Counted from the first letter of the stretch, positions 24,260 to 37,694 are shown. The stretch is 64,000 nt of DNA from Lingula anatina (GCA_051362555.1 CM120645.1:7068001-7132000); one strand, 5' to 3'. The notes: generated by a model not told the origin, from the sequence alone. Made by a program: numbers and translations.

Positions 24260-27200
24260 ATGAGTTCTAGTGATTCTGAGCCAGAAGAGGAAGAGCAGGA
24301 GCCAGCGATAGATTACTCCACTTTAAGAGAGGAATTTTTGACCGCTGTTCGGAAGAACGACAAAATGAAGGTCAAATTTACAATACGAGATCATGCAAAA
24401 GGGATAAAAGGTGGGTGAGAAAGAATGAACACTAGCAAAGATTTTCTTGTACAAGTACATGTAATTTACATTACTATATACACGACTATTTTGTTGTATA
24501 TTTTGAGTGTAAATTTCTTCCATAATAGAGATACATTGTAATGCTCATCCCACGTACTACTTTCAAAATGCACAAAACACTTCCCCCGTGCAAATTTTTA
24601 GAATAACTTCACTATGCAATGATTTCTATTGGATTTGTCGTTTCTTGGTCACTGACTCCATGTCAATGGGAAAACTTCCGGCAATATGACGCACTTGTCT
24701 ATAGTCTAACTGACATCTAATGGCCCCAATATGTCACCTGTTAACACTGAAAAAAGACTTACTTTATAAAAGATCACTGGGTTAATGTTGCTAGGTAATT
24801 AAGCTAGCCCCCTATTTCGCAAAATCGATGGTCGCACTGTTCAGGAATAATTAGGTAATATTATGATAAATTTTCGGCTATCCAAAGAAATCAATAGGTA
24901 TCGATCTTTCATTCATTAACTTCTAATTTGTTACATCTAGCCGGACTTCATGCGATTTTTGATCTCGAAATAGTAAAACAAATAACGTCTGGAGGCGATG
25001 TTAGTGATTCTTTCTCTCAAGCGATGGCGCCACAGGCTGTGTCGTCGCTCACAGACACTTACAGCCTCAAATATGAGTACTCTAGCACTAAATAAATCAA
25101 ATCATTGAAACGCAAACAAGTTCAAGAGGTCATTACAATCATTTTGTTATGAGAACGGATAGCGTTCCTTAATAGTGAACATCAGCATTTTATTCTTTTG
25201 TTTATTTATTTATAAGTTTAGATATATTTTTTATGTCATGATCATTTCAATGTGAAACTCTGCCGGTAATCAGAGCACCTATGTATTTGCTGTTGCAGAG
25301 ATAGCCGGCGGTGTGGGAGAGGATGGCTCTTGCGCCATGACCAAGGCAGCCTTCATGGGGTACGCCCCTATCATCCAGATGATGGTGAACGCTGGAGCTC
25401 CTGTAGACGCCGCTGACAAAGATCAATGGACAGCCCTGATGGCGGCATCCCAGAACGGGAAGTTGGAGGTAATCTGTCAATATTGATTGTATTGTCGAAA
25501 GTAGCGACGCCATCCAGGCTTGAAAACTGAAAATAATGGGGACCGTGACGGTGACCGTTTACTCACAATGCTGGATGAATTGACAGTCATTTTCACACGG
25601 GTTTTAGATACTTCAGTTCTGTTCTAATGGGTTTTAGTTTCATGCATCGTTTGTTCTATTCTAAAAGACAAAAAATAAAAGAGCAAGGCGATTTATGATG
25701 TATTTGGAACCAACAGTCCGCCTCACTTCCCCTTCCCCTCTCTCTTTTTCTTTCACTGGTTAGGCTACAGAAGACCCTCTTGAATTCAATAACTAAATAT
25801 GGATGGCAGCCATCTCCTCACAAAATCACGAATGCATCACGCAACATTTATTTCAATAAATTAATACAAACATGTTATTCCTTAGGTGGTTGAGTTTTTG
25901 CTAGAAAACGGCGCAAATGTCAACTGGCAAGACAAGAAGAAGTGGACAGCGCTGCAAGTGGCTGCATATAACGGCCATGAGAAGGTTGCGGAGAAATTAT
26001 TAGACGCCGGAGCTGAAATCAACGCTGAGAACAAGAAAAAACAATCTGCGCTCCTCATGGCTACTAAGAACGGCCACGAAGATGTCGCCAGCCTTCTCGT
26101 TGCCCGTGGTGCAGAGACGGACGTCAGCGTCAACGGCAAGTCGGCCCTGTATTCGGCCGTTGAAAAGGGCAAGAAGAAAATCGTCAAATCGCTTTGTGAG
26201 AGTGGTGCCACGCCGGAACCGGAACACGAAGGGGTGATCGCACTTTACGTTGCTGTGGAGCACTCTTACAGAGAGATAGTGGAAACTCTCTGCCACCACG
26301 GCGCCAAGCCTAACAATGCTCATAAAAATGGGAAATCTGCCCTTTACCTTGCGGTAGAAAACGGCAAAGAAAAAATTGTCAAAACACTCTGCGAACACGG
26401 AGCAGAGACCAACACTTCCATGCGAAATAAAGCTGCGCTCTTCCTCGCTGTAGAAATGGGAGAGAATGAAATAGTTAAGACCCTCCTCAAACACGGGGCA
26501 AAGCCCAACGTTGACTTTAAGGGCAAATCGGCTCTTTTCCTCGCTGTGGAGAAAAACGAGAAAGACATGGTCAAAGAACTGCTTGGGAAAAAGGCCAACC
26601 CTAACACAGAATTTGAAGGGAAGTACCCACTACATGTAGCCGCCGAAACCGCATGTGTGCCCATAGTGCGAAAACTCCTGCTTGACGGAGCCAAACCAGA
26701 TGCCATAACCAAAGCCAACAGCGAAACTGCCACACACATAGCAACGCGACTTGGGGACAAGGAAAAACTCAAGATAATGCTAACTAACGGAGCCAATCCT
26801 AACATCCTTGATGGCAAAGGTAGAACAGCCTTACACGTGGCAACAGAACTGCGTGATCTGGATGCAATGACACTGCTTCTGAAACACAAGGCAAGTCCCA
26901 ATGCCAAAGACAGCAAGGACGGTACCGCGATCCATGTAGCAGCCTCGCTCCAGTTCTTAGACTGCGTAGAGTTGTTGCTTTCCAAGGGAGCAAAACCCAA
27001 TCTCATAAGGAAAGGACAGATGGCGCTGCATATAGCCGTAGAGTTAGGCAATCTTGAGATGGCAAAGCTTCTTATGGCCAAAGGTGCAAGCGTGGACGGA
27101 CATGGGGATAGCGGCACAACTCCTCTCATTATCGCTTCCTCTCGTGGGGACATTCCCATAGTGAAACTTCTTCTTGAAGGGTTTGCCGAGATTAACAAGC

Positions 27201-28282
27201 AGAACACTGCCGGAACTAGCCCGCTCCATGCTGCATGCGCATCTGAAAGTCCAAACAGATATGAAGTTGTTGATATCCTTCTAAACGCGGGGGCAAACGT
27301 TCATGCGAAATCCAAAAAGGGAACACCTTTGAAGATCGCTTTGAACAGGCGTGATCTTAAGTTGGTTCTCATACTGATCGACGCTGGGGCCAATGTTAAT
27401 ACTAAATCAGACCAAGGTCTTGTCGCCCTGAAAATGACACTTGAAAAAGATATGGATGAGCAGTCACTAAATTTAATTTGCGCTGGTACCCAGTTAGCGG
27501 ACCTGGTGATTAAGAAGGATCTCCTGTACCAGTCCCTTTTCCGCGCTGTGAAAGCCAACTTGGTCGAGGTTGTCAAAGAGGTGTTAAGTATACCCAAGGG
27601 CATCGACGTCAATACCCAGGATGAGAACGGTTGGGGCCCATTGCATCACGCCTGCGATCTTGGCTACCTGAAAATGGTGAAATATCTGGTCACAACTAAA
27701 GCAAACGTGCACCTGGCCGATCCGGAATATAGAACACCGCTGTATGTTGCTGCCAGAAGTGGGCATGCCGCTGTGATCAGCACACTGCTGGCCTACGGAG
27801 CGAGCATCGATGTCAGAGAAAAAGATACGAGGCGAACACCTCTCCACGCCTGTGGCATGAATGGCCACTCCGACGCTGCCCTCGTTCTGATTCGCGCCGG
27901 CGCCAAAATCAACGCCTACCGTGTTGATGACTATACACCGCTCCACGAAGCATGCGCCAATGGTCATAAGCAATGTGCTATCACCCTGATAAGCAATGGC
28001 TCGCAGCCGTATTTTAAGACTACTGCAGGGTTGACTCCTCTTCAGGTGGCGACTGAAGCGGGACACAAGGACATGGCTTGGGCTATTATGGCCCATAACT
28101 CAAAATTAACGGAGAAGGCCTCAACCCGTCGCCCCAGTGGGAACTCTCTTTTGTCCCTAACTAAGCAACCAAATAGGATTATCGGGATGCTAAAAGCTGC
28201 AAAGAATGCGGAGGAAGGTGGAAGCCAGCCAACCAAAACCGATTCATTGCTAGAAAAAGAACCCTCCCAATCCTCTGGGTGA
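24260..28282 (+). CDS. Ankyrin-repeat protein, ~905 aa, 3 coding exons
   Basis: Exons 24260-24410, 25299-25468 and 25886-28282 join in frame (2718 nt). About 20 or more ankyrin repeats (WTALQVAAYNGH, TALHVA, TPLIIA, TPLHEACANGH) after an acidic N-terminus; no other domain recognised. A probable 5'UTR exon ends at the GTATGT donor near 23408. Confidence 0.9.
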
Positions 28283-30233
28283 GGGGTTGAAATGCAATTG
28301 TTTTTTTCCAAAACTTCTTGGATTCTGAAATTAGTCCAGTTGTAAATACGTATAAACGGACACAATTCTTAGACATTTGTGGTTGATTTCTGACAACTTA
28401 CTCCAAAAAGCTTTACATAGATGTTATACATCATGGTGAACGAATGCTATGTTTGAAGAAATTAGGGAGAAGGGAGTCAGGAAGACTTTTTTTATTCATA
28501 TTTTATCACCCATTAGGTGCATGTTTCATAGACACACATGTAGCTTCCAGTAGGTTGTGACGTGATGTACTAACAGACATTTAATGAAGACACTTCCGAA
28601 TCCTCAGGATGAATGGCTATAAACCTAATTTTAGTTCTAGGATCCATAATGATCCTAGTTTATAGTATTTTTTGGACAATTTCAGCTTCCGCATCTTGGC
28701 TAATTTTGATAATCGGTAGAAGTGGTGTGCCATGAATTGCTAAATATATTACATATGATAGGTTATTTTTTGCAAATTTTCAATAAATCTTATTTCGTTA
28801 ATTATATTTCCTCATTAAATTTATATTAACCGCTACTGTTTACGAAAAGTGACTGATATAGAACGCCAATGCGACTCGTCTTAAAAATAATGGCGGCAGA
28901 TGAGACGAAATCAATTTGTTTCCTGGGACGATCTAATTGTCCTCTGAGATGGGACGTTTTAAGTTAGGTTGACCCGCCTCTTTTAGTACCACACTTAATT
29001 GAGACAGGTTTTCTGTGGTAAGGGTGTAACGTTTACTTTGGCTGGTTGACTAAGGTGCGTAATCCACCATGAAGAGTATTGCCTGACTCCTCGACCACGC
29101 AATTATGGGGCGCGGCTCTTTATATATACGTGTTTGTTCACAGGTATTATTCTGATATCTGTCAGCTATACAGCTTGATATGTACAAGTCGCAAAGTCAC
29201 TTTGTTTGCATTTCTTCCACGTTCTTATATCATCAAACTATAGAGTGTTTCTATCTATAACTTCTTTGAATCAAACCTATAAAATGAAGTCGGGTTCTGA
29301 CTGCTACTGCACTATGTTGGTTTTATTGATATTACAATAAATTTATCAAAATATAATGAGATAATAACAAATACAAAGAAAAGACCAATGTCATATCAGT
29401 ACAATTTACAATAAATTAATCATAATATAAAGAGATTATAACAAATCCATAGAAAAAACCCGCTTGCAGAATCCTGTCAATAATTCAAACTGTTTGATAG
29501 AATTAAAGATACATAAACATTTTACTTCTTCACTATGTTTCTGCATTTTTTTCTCATCTAGACTTATTTTCCTTTGTACTCAAATAATTTGTTTACTAGT
29601 TTGGGAGACATGTCTAAACATAAATAAACTTGTTGCGAGCAAAGTTGCTTGGAAAAGCTTTGTTCCTAGTTTTGCCTTTGTCTCTGAAGACACGTTCACA
29701 TTTGAATTAACATGGGCAGGGAAAGGCATAACTGAAGTTTCACACGACCAAGAAATAGTATCAAATATTTTAAGCACATAAGTCGAGGTTATTATATGTA
29801 ATCAATATGGCACGATTATGAATGCATCTGTCGCTTAACAATCCTTTCGTAATGTATTAGTAGTGTTGAAACACTTCACTTAACGAACTGTACGGCAACA
29901 GGTACAATTAGATGGCCACTTCGTCGATTTATTGCAAGGCTCTTTATTTTTCAAAATAAAAAAAATCTTATAAATGATAAATTACCAAAAGACAGCTACA
30001 TCCGTTAAATAACTCTGGCTTAACATGAAGGGTTTTCTTTCAAAAGGTAAGAATCTTGATAATAATTACTCTGATATTTTAAATAGTAGACATACAGTAA
30101 TCACTCAACTGACTCAAACAGTATACAGTGCATGTACAGAGTCCAAGGGTCAACTCGGATGATAACCCCTCCGCATCCTTATCAAACTGACTAGAATTAA
30201 GCTGAATGCGCTAAGTGCGTTAAGGTTGACCTA

Positions 30234-30445
30234 GGGACCCTTCCCACAGATATTGGATCGATCCCTGGGGAGTCTCACTAAATTGCTGTCAACTAACCGG
30301 CTTAAATGTCTGTCAGGCCTAATGAGGTAAAGATAATTACCCCCTTACAGCTTTACTAGGTGTGGCAGACATTTAAACAGGTCAAGTTTACAGCAATAGA
30401 GAGAGATTCCACAGGGAGTTAGAGAACTCATGGGAACCCAGTCCC
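30234..30445. repeat. Imperfect long inverted repeat (foldback)
   Basis: Left arm CCCTGGGGAGTCTCACTAAATTGCTGTCAACTAACCGGCTTAAATGTCTGTCAGGCCTA pairs with right arm TAGGTGTGGCAGACATTTAAACAGGTCAAGTTTACAGCAATAGAGAGAGATTCCACAGGG; weaker pairing extends outward. Confidence 0.75.
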
Positions 30446-30821
30446 ACAGTACTGGCTTACATAGATATAATGGCACAGTCACAACACCTTATAGATTTCT
30501 GGGTTATCAGGCATAAGGCATTCCGTAGTTATGTGGAGCACGACCTTATTTGATAACGAGTGACGCTAGCCTCTCTTATATTGGTTTTGTTCATATGGCA
30601 AACTTGCAATCTTTTTTTTCTCAGGGCGCTGAGGATACCAGCAATGTGTCACCTTAGCCTAAGCTTTATGATTAAATAAGAAATACAGATTAACGCGTGT
30701 CATCTGCGGAATACGCAGGTAATCCTTTATTAATGAGCGAATTTAACCTCTCACTTAAAGCAATGGCACGCTGGGAAAACTTGCTCCTTTGGCTGAAATG
30801 TAACGTTCTCATTGTGCGTTC

Positions 30822-32380
30822 TTATAAAGGTGACGAGCAATAACGTTTGAATATGAACATCTTGATTCTGTGTACGAGAAACCATATGAATTGTAACACA
30901 AAGATGACGACCAAAACTCCGATCATTACAAGGACCGTTGAACCGGGGGTATTCCAGTCCAATATCCCAGGGTACAGCACGTTATTTTGAGGGTCCACGG
31001 ACCAATATATTACTGACCATATCACGTACACTATCCCATAGGCAAGGGGATAAATAAAATGCAGAATACGAATGGGAAAAGCCGCTAGAACTATTTCAAT
31101 GAAAACAATCAGAGAGTTCAAACCGTGGAGATGCAAATCCGTGACGTAAACTGAGGTTGGAAAATAGGACAATGTGTCAAAATATGCTAAAATATACTTG
31201 TGCAATGCCCCATAATAAATGGCCGTGACAATCGGGGCCCACGCTAAGAGGATATTGAAGAGTACCCAAGACACCTTGGAAAACCAACGGGTAAGGTCCG
31301 TATCGGTGTCGGTAAATTCTATGATATTGGTCTGAGGGGAAGTTATCACCACTGCCGGTAGGGTACTGTCTGTAGCAAGTTCTTTAGAACCATTAGAGCC
31401 GTTTTCCAAAGTGGGTGTTCCTTTGGGTTCCGCATGCGCAGAGACACCGTCGTCTGCTTCATGTGTCTGATAGGCGGGGTTGTCGTACGTTTCTTTCTGT
31501 CCATCGTTGCGTGATATGATCGCATCTTCTTTCCCGCCGTCAGACAGCTGTTTCGTTCTCGACTGACAGTAACACAATATGGCAACATTAGCAGCCCAGA
31601 TCAGATGGATGACGAGCGCAATGTATGTCCATATGGTCAGATATGCCAGTTGAAAGTGGCCCCGTCCTCCGAAAGGGCTCCTTAGCATAGTATAGAGAAA
31701 CCATGTGAGCGTGTAGAGAGCCACAATAATTCTGTATGTGAGAAAAATTCCTGGATGAATAGGCCACTGAAATTGAAAATTGACATAAAGACAATGGTAT
31801 TACACTGTAGCAGTGCTCTATTGGTATTGTTTGACGACATTGTTTCTTGTTTTGAAATGTAGAAACACAAATATTATCTTAAGGATACCAAAAATACAAA
31901 ACTTGCGAAATGAATAATACGCCTATTTGGAATAGTGATTGTGCCTATGTTTGATCATAGGATTATCAGATTTATATTTAGCTGTTATCAGTGGTCTGTA
32001 CCAGTACGCCTATAGTAACATGTGAGTTAGACCTACATCTACTAGCATAAAATAAATGTATTAGAATTGAAAAATTACAAGATTGTGAATGTAATGTATT
32101 GCTTTAAAACTTCTGCATACTGGGTACTTAAAAAAGTGATGAGGCTGGCCCAGCTCAGATCAGCTCAGTCAAGTTTGTCTAGACAAAGGACCGCACCCGT
32201 GAGCAGCCTGGTCAAAAACTGTGACTGGATTCATTGCCACGGTTTACGTACAGTACTCATTCTATTCTGATGTCCGTTTTACCCTCTTACCTGGCACCGA
32301 TAAAAACATCTGTGCGACGAAAAACGCAAACCAAATTTCTTTACACGAAATTCCTCCCGTAGAGTGTGTAGAAATCCCAT
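30822..32380 (-). CDS. Protein rolling stone-like (FAR-17a/AIG1/ADTRP-related multi-pass membrane protein), copy A, 344 aa
   Basis: Exon 1 32380-32291 (MGFLHTLREEFRVKKFGL...FYRCQ) plus exon 2 31766-30822 (WPIHP...). Family motifs YLTIWTY, HGLNS, PIRILHFIYPLAYGIVY and LYPGILDWNTP; about 6 TM helices. Confidence 0.9.
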
Positions 32381-32767
32381 AATGATGTCTTGGTCACGCA
32401 CCGGTACAGGTATAGAGTCGATCTACGATATAATTCCCTGATCAGTCGTTTGCTACAGAACGTGCCTTTTTTAATGACCCAGCACGGTTTTGTCTAAGGT
32501 CGTCGAAACCAGATCCTCTGTTCTGAAACGTCTGAGGTTCTTTCAAGATCGCAGTATCATTACTACGGCTTCGACTTCTTGTTCAGGCACCAAAAAGGGA
32601 GGGTCCTGGCGTTACGCAAGGTGTTCCCCTGCTGCTATGTGACCCAGGGTTGCTATGCTTGCAGGTCATCGGGCATGATAAATATAGCGCTGACGTTCGG
32701 TCGGGGAGTGTGAATTAATGCTTATCTAGCTACAAGTCGAAACGTATAATATCGCTATGCCACCACC

Positions 32768-34800
32768 TTGGTAAAAAAAGCAATCTACTCTGAATTTTAT
32801 AGGTATGCTGACTTTATATCTGGAAAAATTGCTGTAGGAACTCTTGATGAAGTAGGTGCAGGGAACTACAGAAGTGGACTATTAGCTTTTTTCCGTCTGT
32901 TAGGTTGTCTTTATTTTAGGAAATGCTGCAATGCTTTTTTGTCAGTGAATCCAGACAGTAGCACCATTAGTTATTTCAGAAGTTTGTATAATAAGGACCT
33001 CAGTTATTCAGAAAATGTTTCTATTTGGTTAGGTAATATAAGGTCAGCTTTGATGTAGATGTTAGATGTAGAATCCTTGGAGCATGTATTGCCACTAGAA
33101 GATAGCTTAAAGTGACACTGGTTAAGGAGTTGTTACATGTATATAGCACAGATGTGGGGACAAGCAGGCCAGAATAGGATAGAGTATTTACACACACTGG
33201 ACAAAAGAAGTGTCACCCCTACTGAGCCAATACTATGGGGGAGATAAATGACTGTGAAATGATATGCTCCTGGTATCATTTTATTAACATCAAATTTCAC
33301 AAAAAATCACAAAATGAGAACAAAATATACATTCTACCAAAATATGCAATTTCAAGTCCAAAATTAGTACTTAGTGGCATAGCCACGTGACTTAATAATA
33401 GGTGCCAGTCTACGAAGCAAGGATTCATATAATTGTCTGATGCGTTCAGGGCTTATGCTGGCCCAAGCATGAAACACTGAATATAACAGAGTTTCTCTGC
33501 TTGTTAAACGGACATTTGTCCAAAGTTTTGACATATGATTCCACACATTTTCTATTATGTTTTCATCCGGACTCTGGGCAGGCCACATCGCCCAGAGAAT
33601 GTCCTGTTGGTCAAACCAATCATCAACTGCTCTGGTCCTGTGACAAGGAACATTGTCATCCTGGTGAACAAATGGATAATTCCTGTCACCAAACATGTTA
33701 GTAATAGATGGTAGCAAGCCTGACTCCAAAACATCGATATATTTCTAGTGATTCATGTTTTCATCAACCACTATCAATTCGCCCACGCCATGGATGCTGA
33801 TGCAGCCCCACACCATGATGAAATACTGCTGATCCGGGTTAGAAAATTAAGTACATGTGGTTTAAATGCTTTACCAGCAGTTCGCCAGCATCGTACCCGT
33901 CTGTAATCAGAAGTCAGACCAAAGCGACACTCATCAGAAAAAAATATATAGGACCAATTGTCATGGACTGTCCAGTTCCAGATCCTGTTGACCCTAGTTC
34001 ACTCTACGTTGCCTGTTTTGTAACGATATAAGAGGTTTCAGTCTTGCTACCCTGCTGTACACTCTATGAGCATGTAACCGACGCCTAGCAATTTTCACAG
34101 ACACATTCTTATGTGTGAAATTGTTCCACTGTGTTGTCAACTGACAAGCAGTGTCGAACTTTGACAACCTGGACATCAAAATCAGTCGTCGGTCTTCACG
34201 GCCAGTAGTTTTTCTTGGACGACCCATCAGAGACAATTTGTCTCTTGATCCAGTGTTTCTATACCAAGACCAGACCCTCTGCACGGTGCTGACTAAACAA
34301 TTCAATTGTATCGATATACTGACATTGCTTATATTCCGCCTCTTCAGGTTAATAACTTGCACCTATAACCGTTAGATAATTACCTGTATCTTGTCATATT
34401 GGAGGAAGACAGGAATAAAATTTTATGTACATGTACAAGACCAACAATACAATTCCATGGTATAGCAGTTTTATACTCATTAGTCACATTATAAGTAGAC
34501 CAGGCATTATAAGTTCCCAAGATCTGCCTACTTTTATTACTCTGAGTTAGGGGGTGACACTTCTTTTGTCCAGTGTGTGTAGATGTCGTAATATGGGGGT
34601 ACCAGTTAGGAGAAGGGAAACTCAAATATAAATTCTCAACAAATGAGGTGGATAAAATAGCACAGGATAATTTTAATTTCTTAATGAAAGGGTGTAGTTG
34701 TAGGAAGGTAGACCACGTGTGGCAACCATTGTGGATGTAGGAAAAAAAAGAACATGTGGGCCAAGTTGTATGTGAAGGGGAGTGTTTAAATAGCTTAGCT
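32768..34800 (+). mobile_element. Decayed 3' coding remnant of an AcademX-like DNA transposon (XPG-associated region plus Cys8 finger), interrupted by a Tc1
   Basis: One frame reads ...GLLAFFRLLGCLYFRK...WLGNIRSALM*...VLPLEDSLK*HWLRSCY..AQMWGQAGQNRIEYL up to the TA at 33189. It resumes in frame after the Tc1 as DVVIWGYQL...FLMKGCSCRK, then (frameshifted) TTCGNHCGCRKK/CGPSC...CLN. Family assignment is from recalled motifs. Confidence 0.6.
33191..34579 (-). mobile_element. Full-length but defective Tc1-family (DD34E) transposon
   Basis: TIRs CACACACTGGACAAAAGAAGTGTCACCCC / GGGGTGACACTTCTTTTGTCCAGTGTGTG with TA on both flanks. Transposase fragments: HTH GRPRKTT, FSDECRF, QDDNVPCH...WPAQSPDENIIE (34-residue D-E spacing), ending GYATKY; stops and frameshifts present. 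Confidence 0.95.
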
Positions 34801-34989
34801 AATTTATGTAGTGAAGAAATTATAAAAGAAAACAGTGATAGTGAAAATAGTTGTAGTGAAGCAATTCGAACACGCAAACATAAATAGCTAGACATGCTTT
34901 ATTGTCGACAGAAAACTAGATATGCCCTTCATTTTTAATTAAGAAATATAGGACCGACTTCTTCTTCTTGAAAATTGAACGATTGTTGT

Positions 34990-36225
34990 GATTTGTCAAG
35001 GGTAGAATTTCCCGCTATCTATAAAACCTTCTTGATTCTTGGAGTAAAACTAAACTTTTAGTCGTATTTTATAATTGGTAACGTGATCTTCATACTACAT
35101 TGTAGGTTGGCATAGTTTGAGAAATCTGCTGAACAGGCTTTATTTCCAAGAAATCAGGAGGAACAATAATAATGAAACTGTTTACATAACTGCTATATTT
35201 GGATTTTCATTACAAAATTTAATTATCTGAACGTTAATAATAAATGATACAATCAGATGGTGCTACCACAGACTTTTTACATAACTGCAATATTTGGATT
35301 TTCATTTCAAAATTTAATTAACTGAACGGTAATAATAAATGATACAATCAGATGGGGCTACCACAGACTTTTTACATAACTGCAGAATTTGAATGCTTTG
35401 GGTTGCACACTTTAAGATTGATATGTCAATAATTAATGACCCAATCTTGATGTCAAAGCTGATTTCCTTAAAATTTCAGTGGATGTGTCAACATAATTAT
35501 TTGGGGTTAGAGAATATGAATGCTTTGGGTTGCACACTTTTAGATTGAAATATCAATAATAGATGGTTCAATCTAGATGACAATCCTTGATCATAGGCTT
35601 TGATTTGATTTTATTATATTCGTATTTCATTAGGTGTTTCTACAGAATTATTTTGGGTTTGAAAATTTGTTGCTTTGGGTTGCACACTTTTACAAAGATA
35701 TGTCTTCAACAACAAAATTGTATGTTCTTAATGGGGCAAGTCGAAATTTCTTTAAAAAATGAACGACATTTTATCAAAATCAAATGGACTGGGTACTTAG
35801 TTTTTTCAATGAAAAATCACAGACAATTTTGAATTTTACACCAACTGTATTTTTTAATTCATATTTTTTTAATTGTAATTTTCTCATTGAGTGGTACAAC
35901 AATACGAAGAGTGCCTTACAGTTTTATTTTTTATAATAAAGACACAAATCCTACATGGAAATATATTTTTGAACTGAACTTTGCAAATTTTCTATCCCTT
36001 ATATTTCGAAAACTGGCAGGGATACGCCCATAGTTACTATTGACCTTGTATAGGAGGTCATATTCTGGCAATCTCACTGAGACCTTGAAGTTGACCTTTG
36101 ACCTACTTTTCACCATGATCTGAACTTCTGAATTTTTCAACGAATGCTATAATTTTTCAAGGGTAGAGTTACACACTATCTATAGAACCTTCTTAATTGT
36201 TGGAGTAAAATGAAGTCTTTATTAT
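34990..36225. repeat. Complex interspersed/tandem repeat block
   Basis: ~95-bp unit (TTTACATAACTGC...CTACCACAGAC) at ~35181, ~35276 and partially ~35370. TGCTTTGGGTTGCACACTTT occurs three times (~35393, 35521, 35671). A direct repeat TCAAGGGTAGA...GGAGTAAAA lies at ~34996 and ~36157, and a GACCTTGAAGTTGACCTTTGACC motif at ~36081. Confidence 0.7.
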
Positions 36226-36981
36226 TACAAGTGTTTAATCGGTTGTATTTTATTTAGATAGCACAGATTACTAATGTGCTATTTATATTTTTCAGTAAAT
36301 GAAAAGAGACAGGAAGTGAGAGGTCTTCAACAACTTTTATAAAACTCTTAAGTCTTAACCATAACAACACCTTAACAGTACTTGAAAAAAAAGTAGGGTG
36401 AGGATTTAATAAAACGAATTGGGTTAAATACCATTCTCATTTATCCTTATCTCTCCCCAAGATAAACAGCGAATCGACAACGCCATCAAAAGGAGACTCA
36501 AATCCGTTATTTCGCGCCGTGAATCGCGTTTTAAATGTAATGCATGTGTGCGTGTATAACATGGCGTTGACTAATGAAAAATATGACTAAGATATTTACA
36601 TACATATACGTATTTTATTAAAACTTCAAAAGAAGAACAAGAAAGGTAGAGCCGTTTTATTAAAAACATATACGCTCGAAATCATTAAAACTACTATATA
36701 TTAATTCCCAAAACAATACAAAAACTGTACAGGCTATGGATATGGCTAGATCAAATCACGAGTCAAGTGATAAATCAAGATGGACAAGGACAAGTGCATT
36801 TGTACCCCCAGTGCCCTTTCGACGCTTAGACGCTAAGACATGGCCTTTATGACGGATTTGTAACCATCAATATAATGATCCTACATGCACCAATACCATG
36901 ACCTTTTTTTATGATAGTTTGCTTTGCTAGTGAATTTATGTACAATCTCTCCTTTTATAAACAACGCCGCTATTGTGTATA

Positions 36982-37216
36982 CACACACTGGACAATAGAA
37001 GTGTCACCCCTACTAAACCAATACTTTGGGGGAGATAAATTGCTGTGGAATGATATGCTCCTGGTTTCATTAAAATCAAATTTCACAAAAAGACCAACAA
37101 TACAATTCCATGATACAGCAGTTTTATACTCATTAGTCACATTATAAGTAGACCAGGCATTATAACTTTGATTACTCTGATTCAGGGGGTGACACTTCTA
37201 TATTGTCCAGTGTGTA
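36982..37216. mobile_element. ~235-bp MITE, internal-deletion derivative of the Tc1 family at 33191-34579
   Basis: Left ~110 bp matches 33191-33305 and right ~125 bp matches 34440-34579; same TIRs, TA flanks. Confidence 0.92.
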
Positions 37217-37694
37217 TACAGTATATGATCAACTGATAAGTTTATGTGTAATACCTGAGATATAAATGGCAGTCATAAAAATTGTACAAATACTAATGGC
37301 TATGATGAAATTTTAAGTACGTTTGTGAACATGGTGAAAAACGCAGCATACAAACTTCCACTGATTCTCATTTTCTTTTCATACACGCAAACAATAGATA
37401 TTATAAAGTATTTCAGTATCCCCAAAAGGTATCCCCTTTGTACAAATAAATGCATCTATGAATATTATAAAAATGTTATAGTTTTCAAAAGCTGTTTTGT
37501 GCCAACTAGCAGAAGAGGAGAAGGACAAATTAACCTCTCGACTAAACTGAGTAAATGTACATATGTGAACCGTCTACCGCCAGTACATACTGTATACGTA
37601 CGTGCAAAAGTTTTGTTTCTCCCACCTTTGAAAGTATCAAATTAAATATTTTCGTGTGCATAATAAATATAATTATGAATAAAACCCATTCCGT

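Noticed and set aside
25882-28376. Several long minus-strand ORFs (up to 287 aa)
   Set aside because: Antisense shadows of the ankyrin exon, with no recognisable motifs.
34380-34895. 171-aa minus-strand ORF
   Set aside because: Spans the Tc1 TIR and the antisense of the Academ-like remnant; not a coherent protein.
35181-35700. Spaced repeats superficially like a CRISPR array
   Set aside because: Eukaryotic context, irregular spacing, related rather than unique spacers, and no cas genes.
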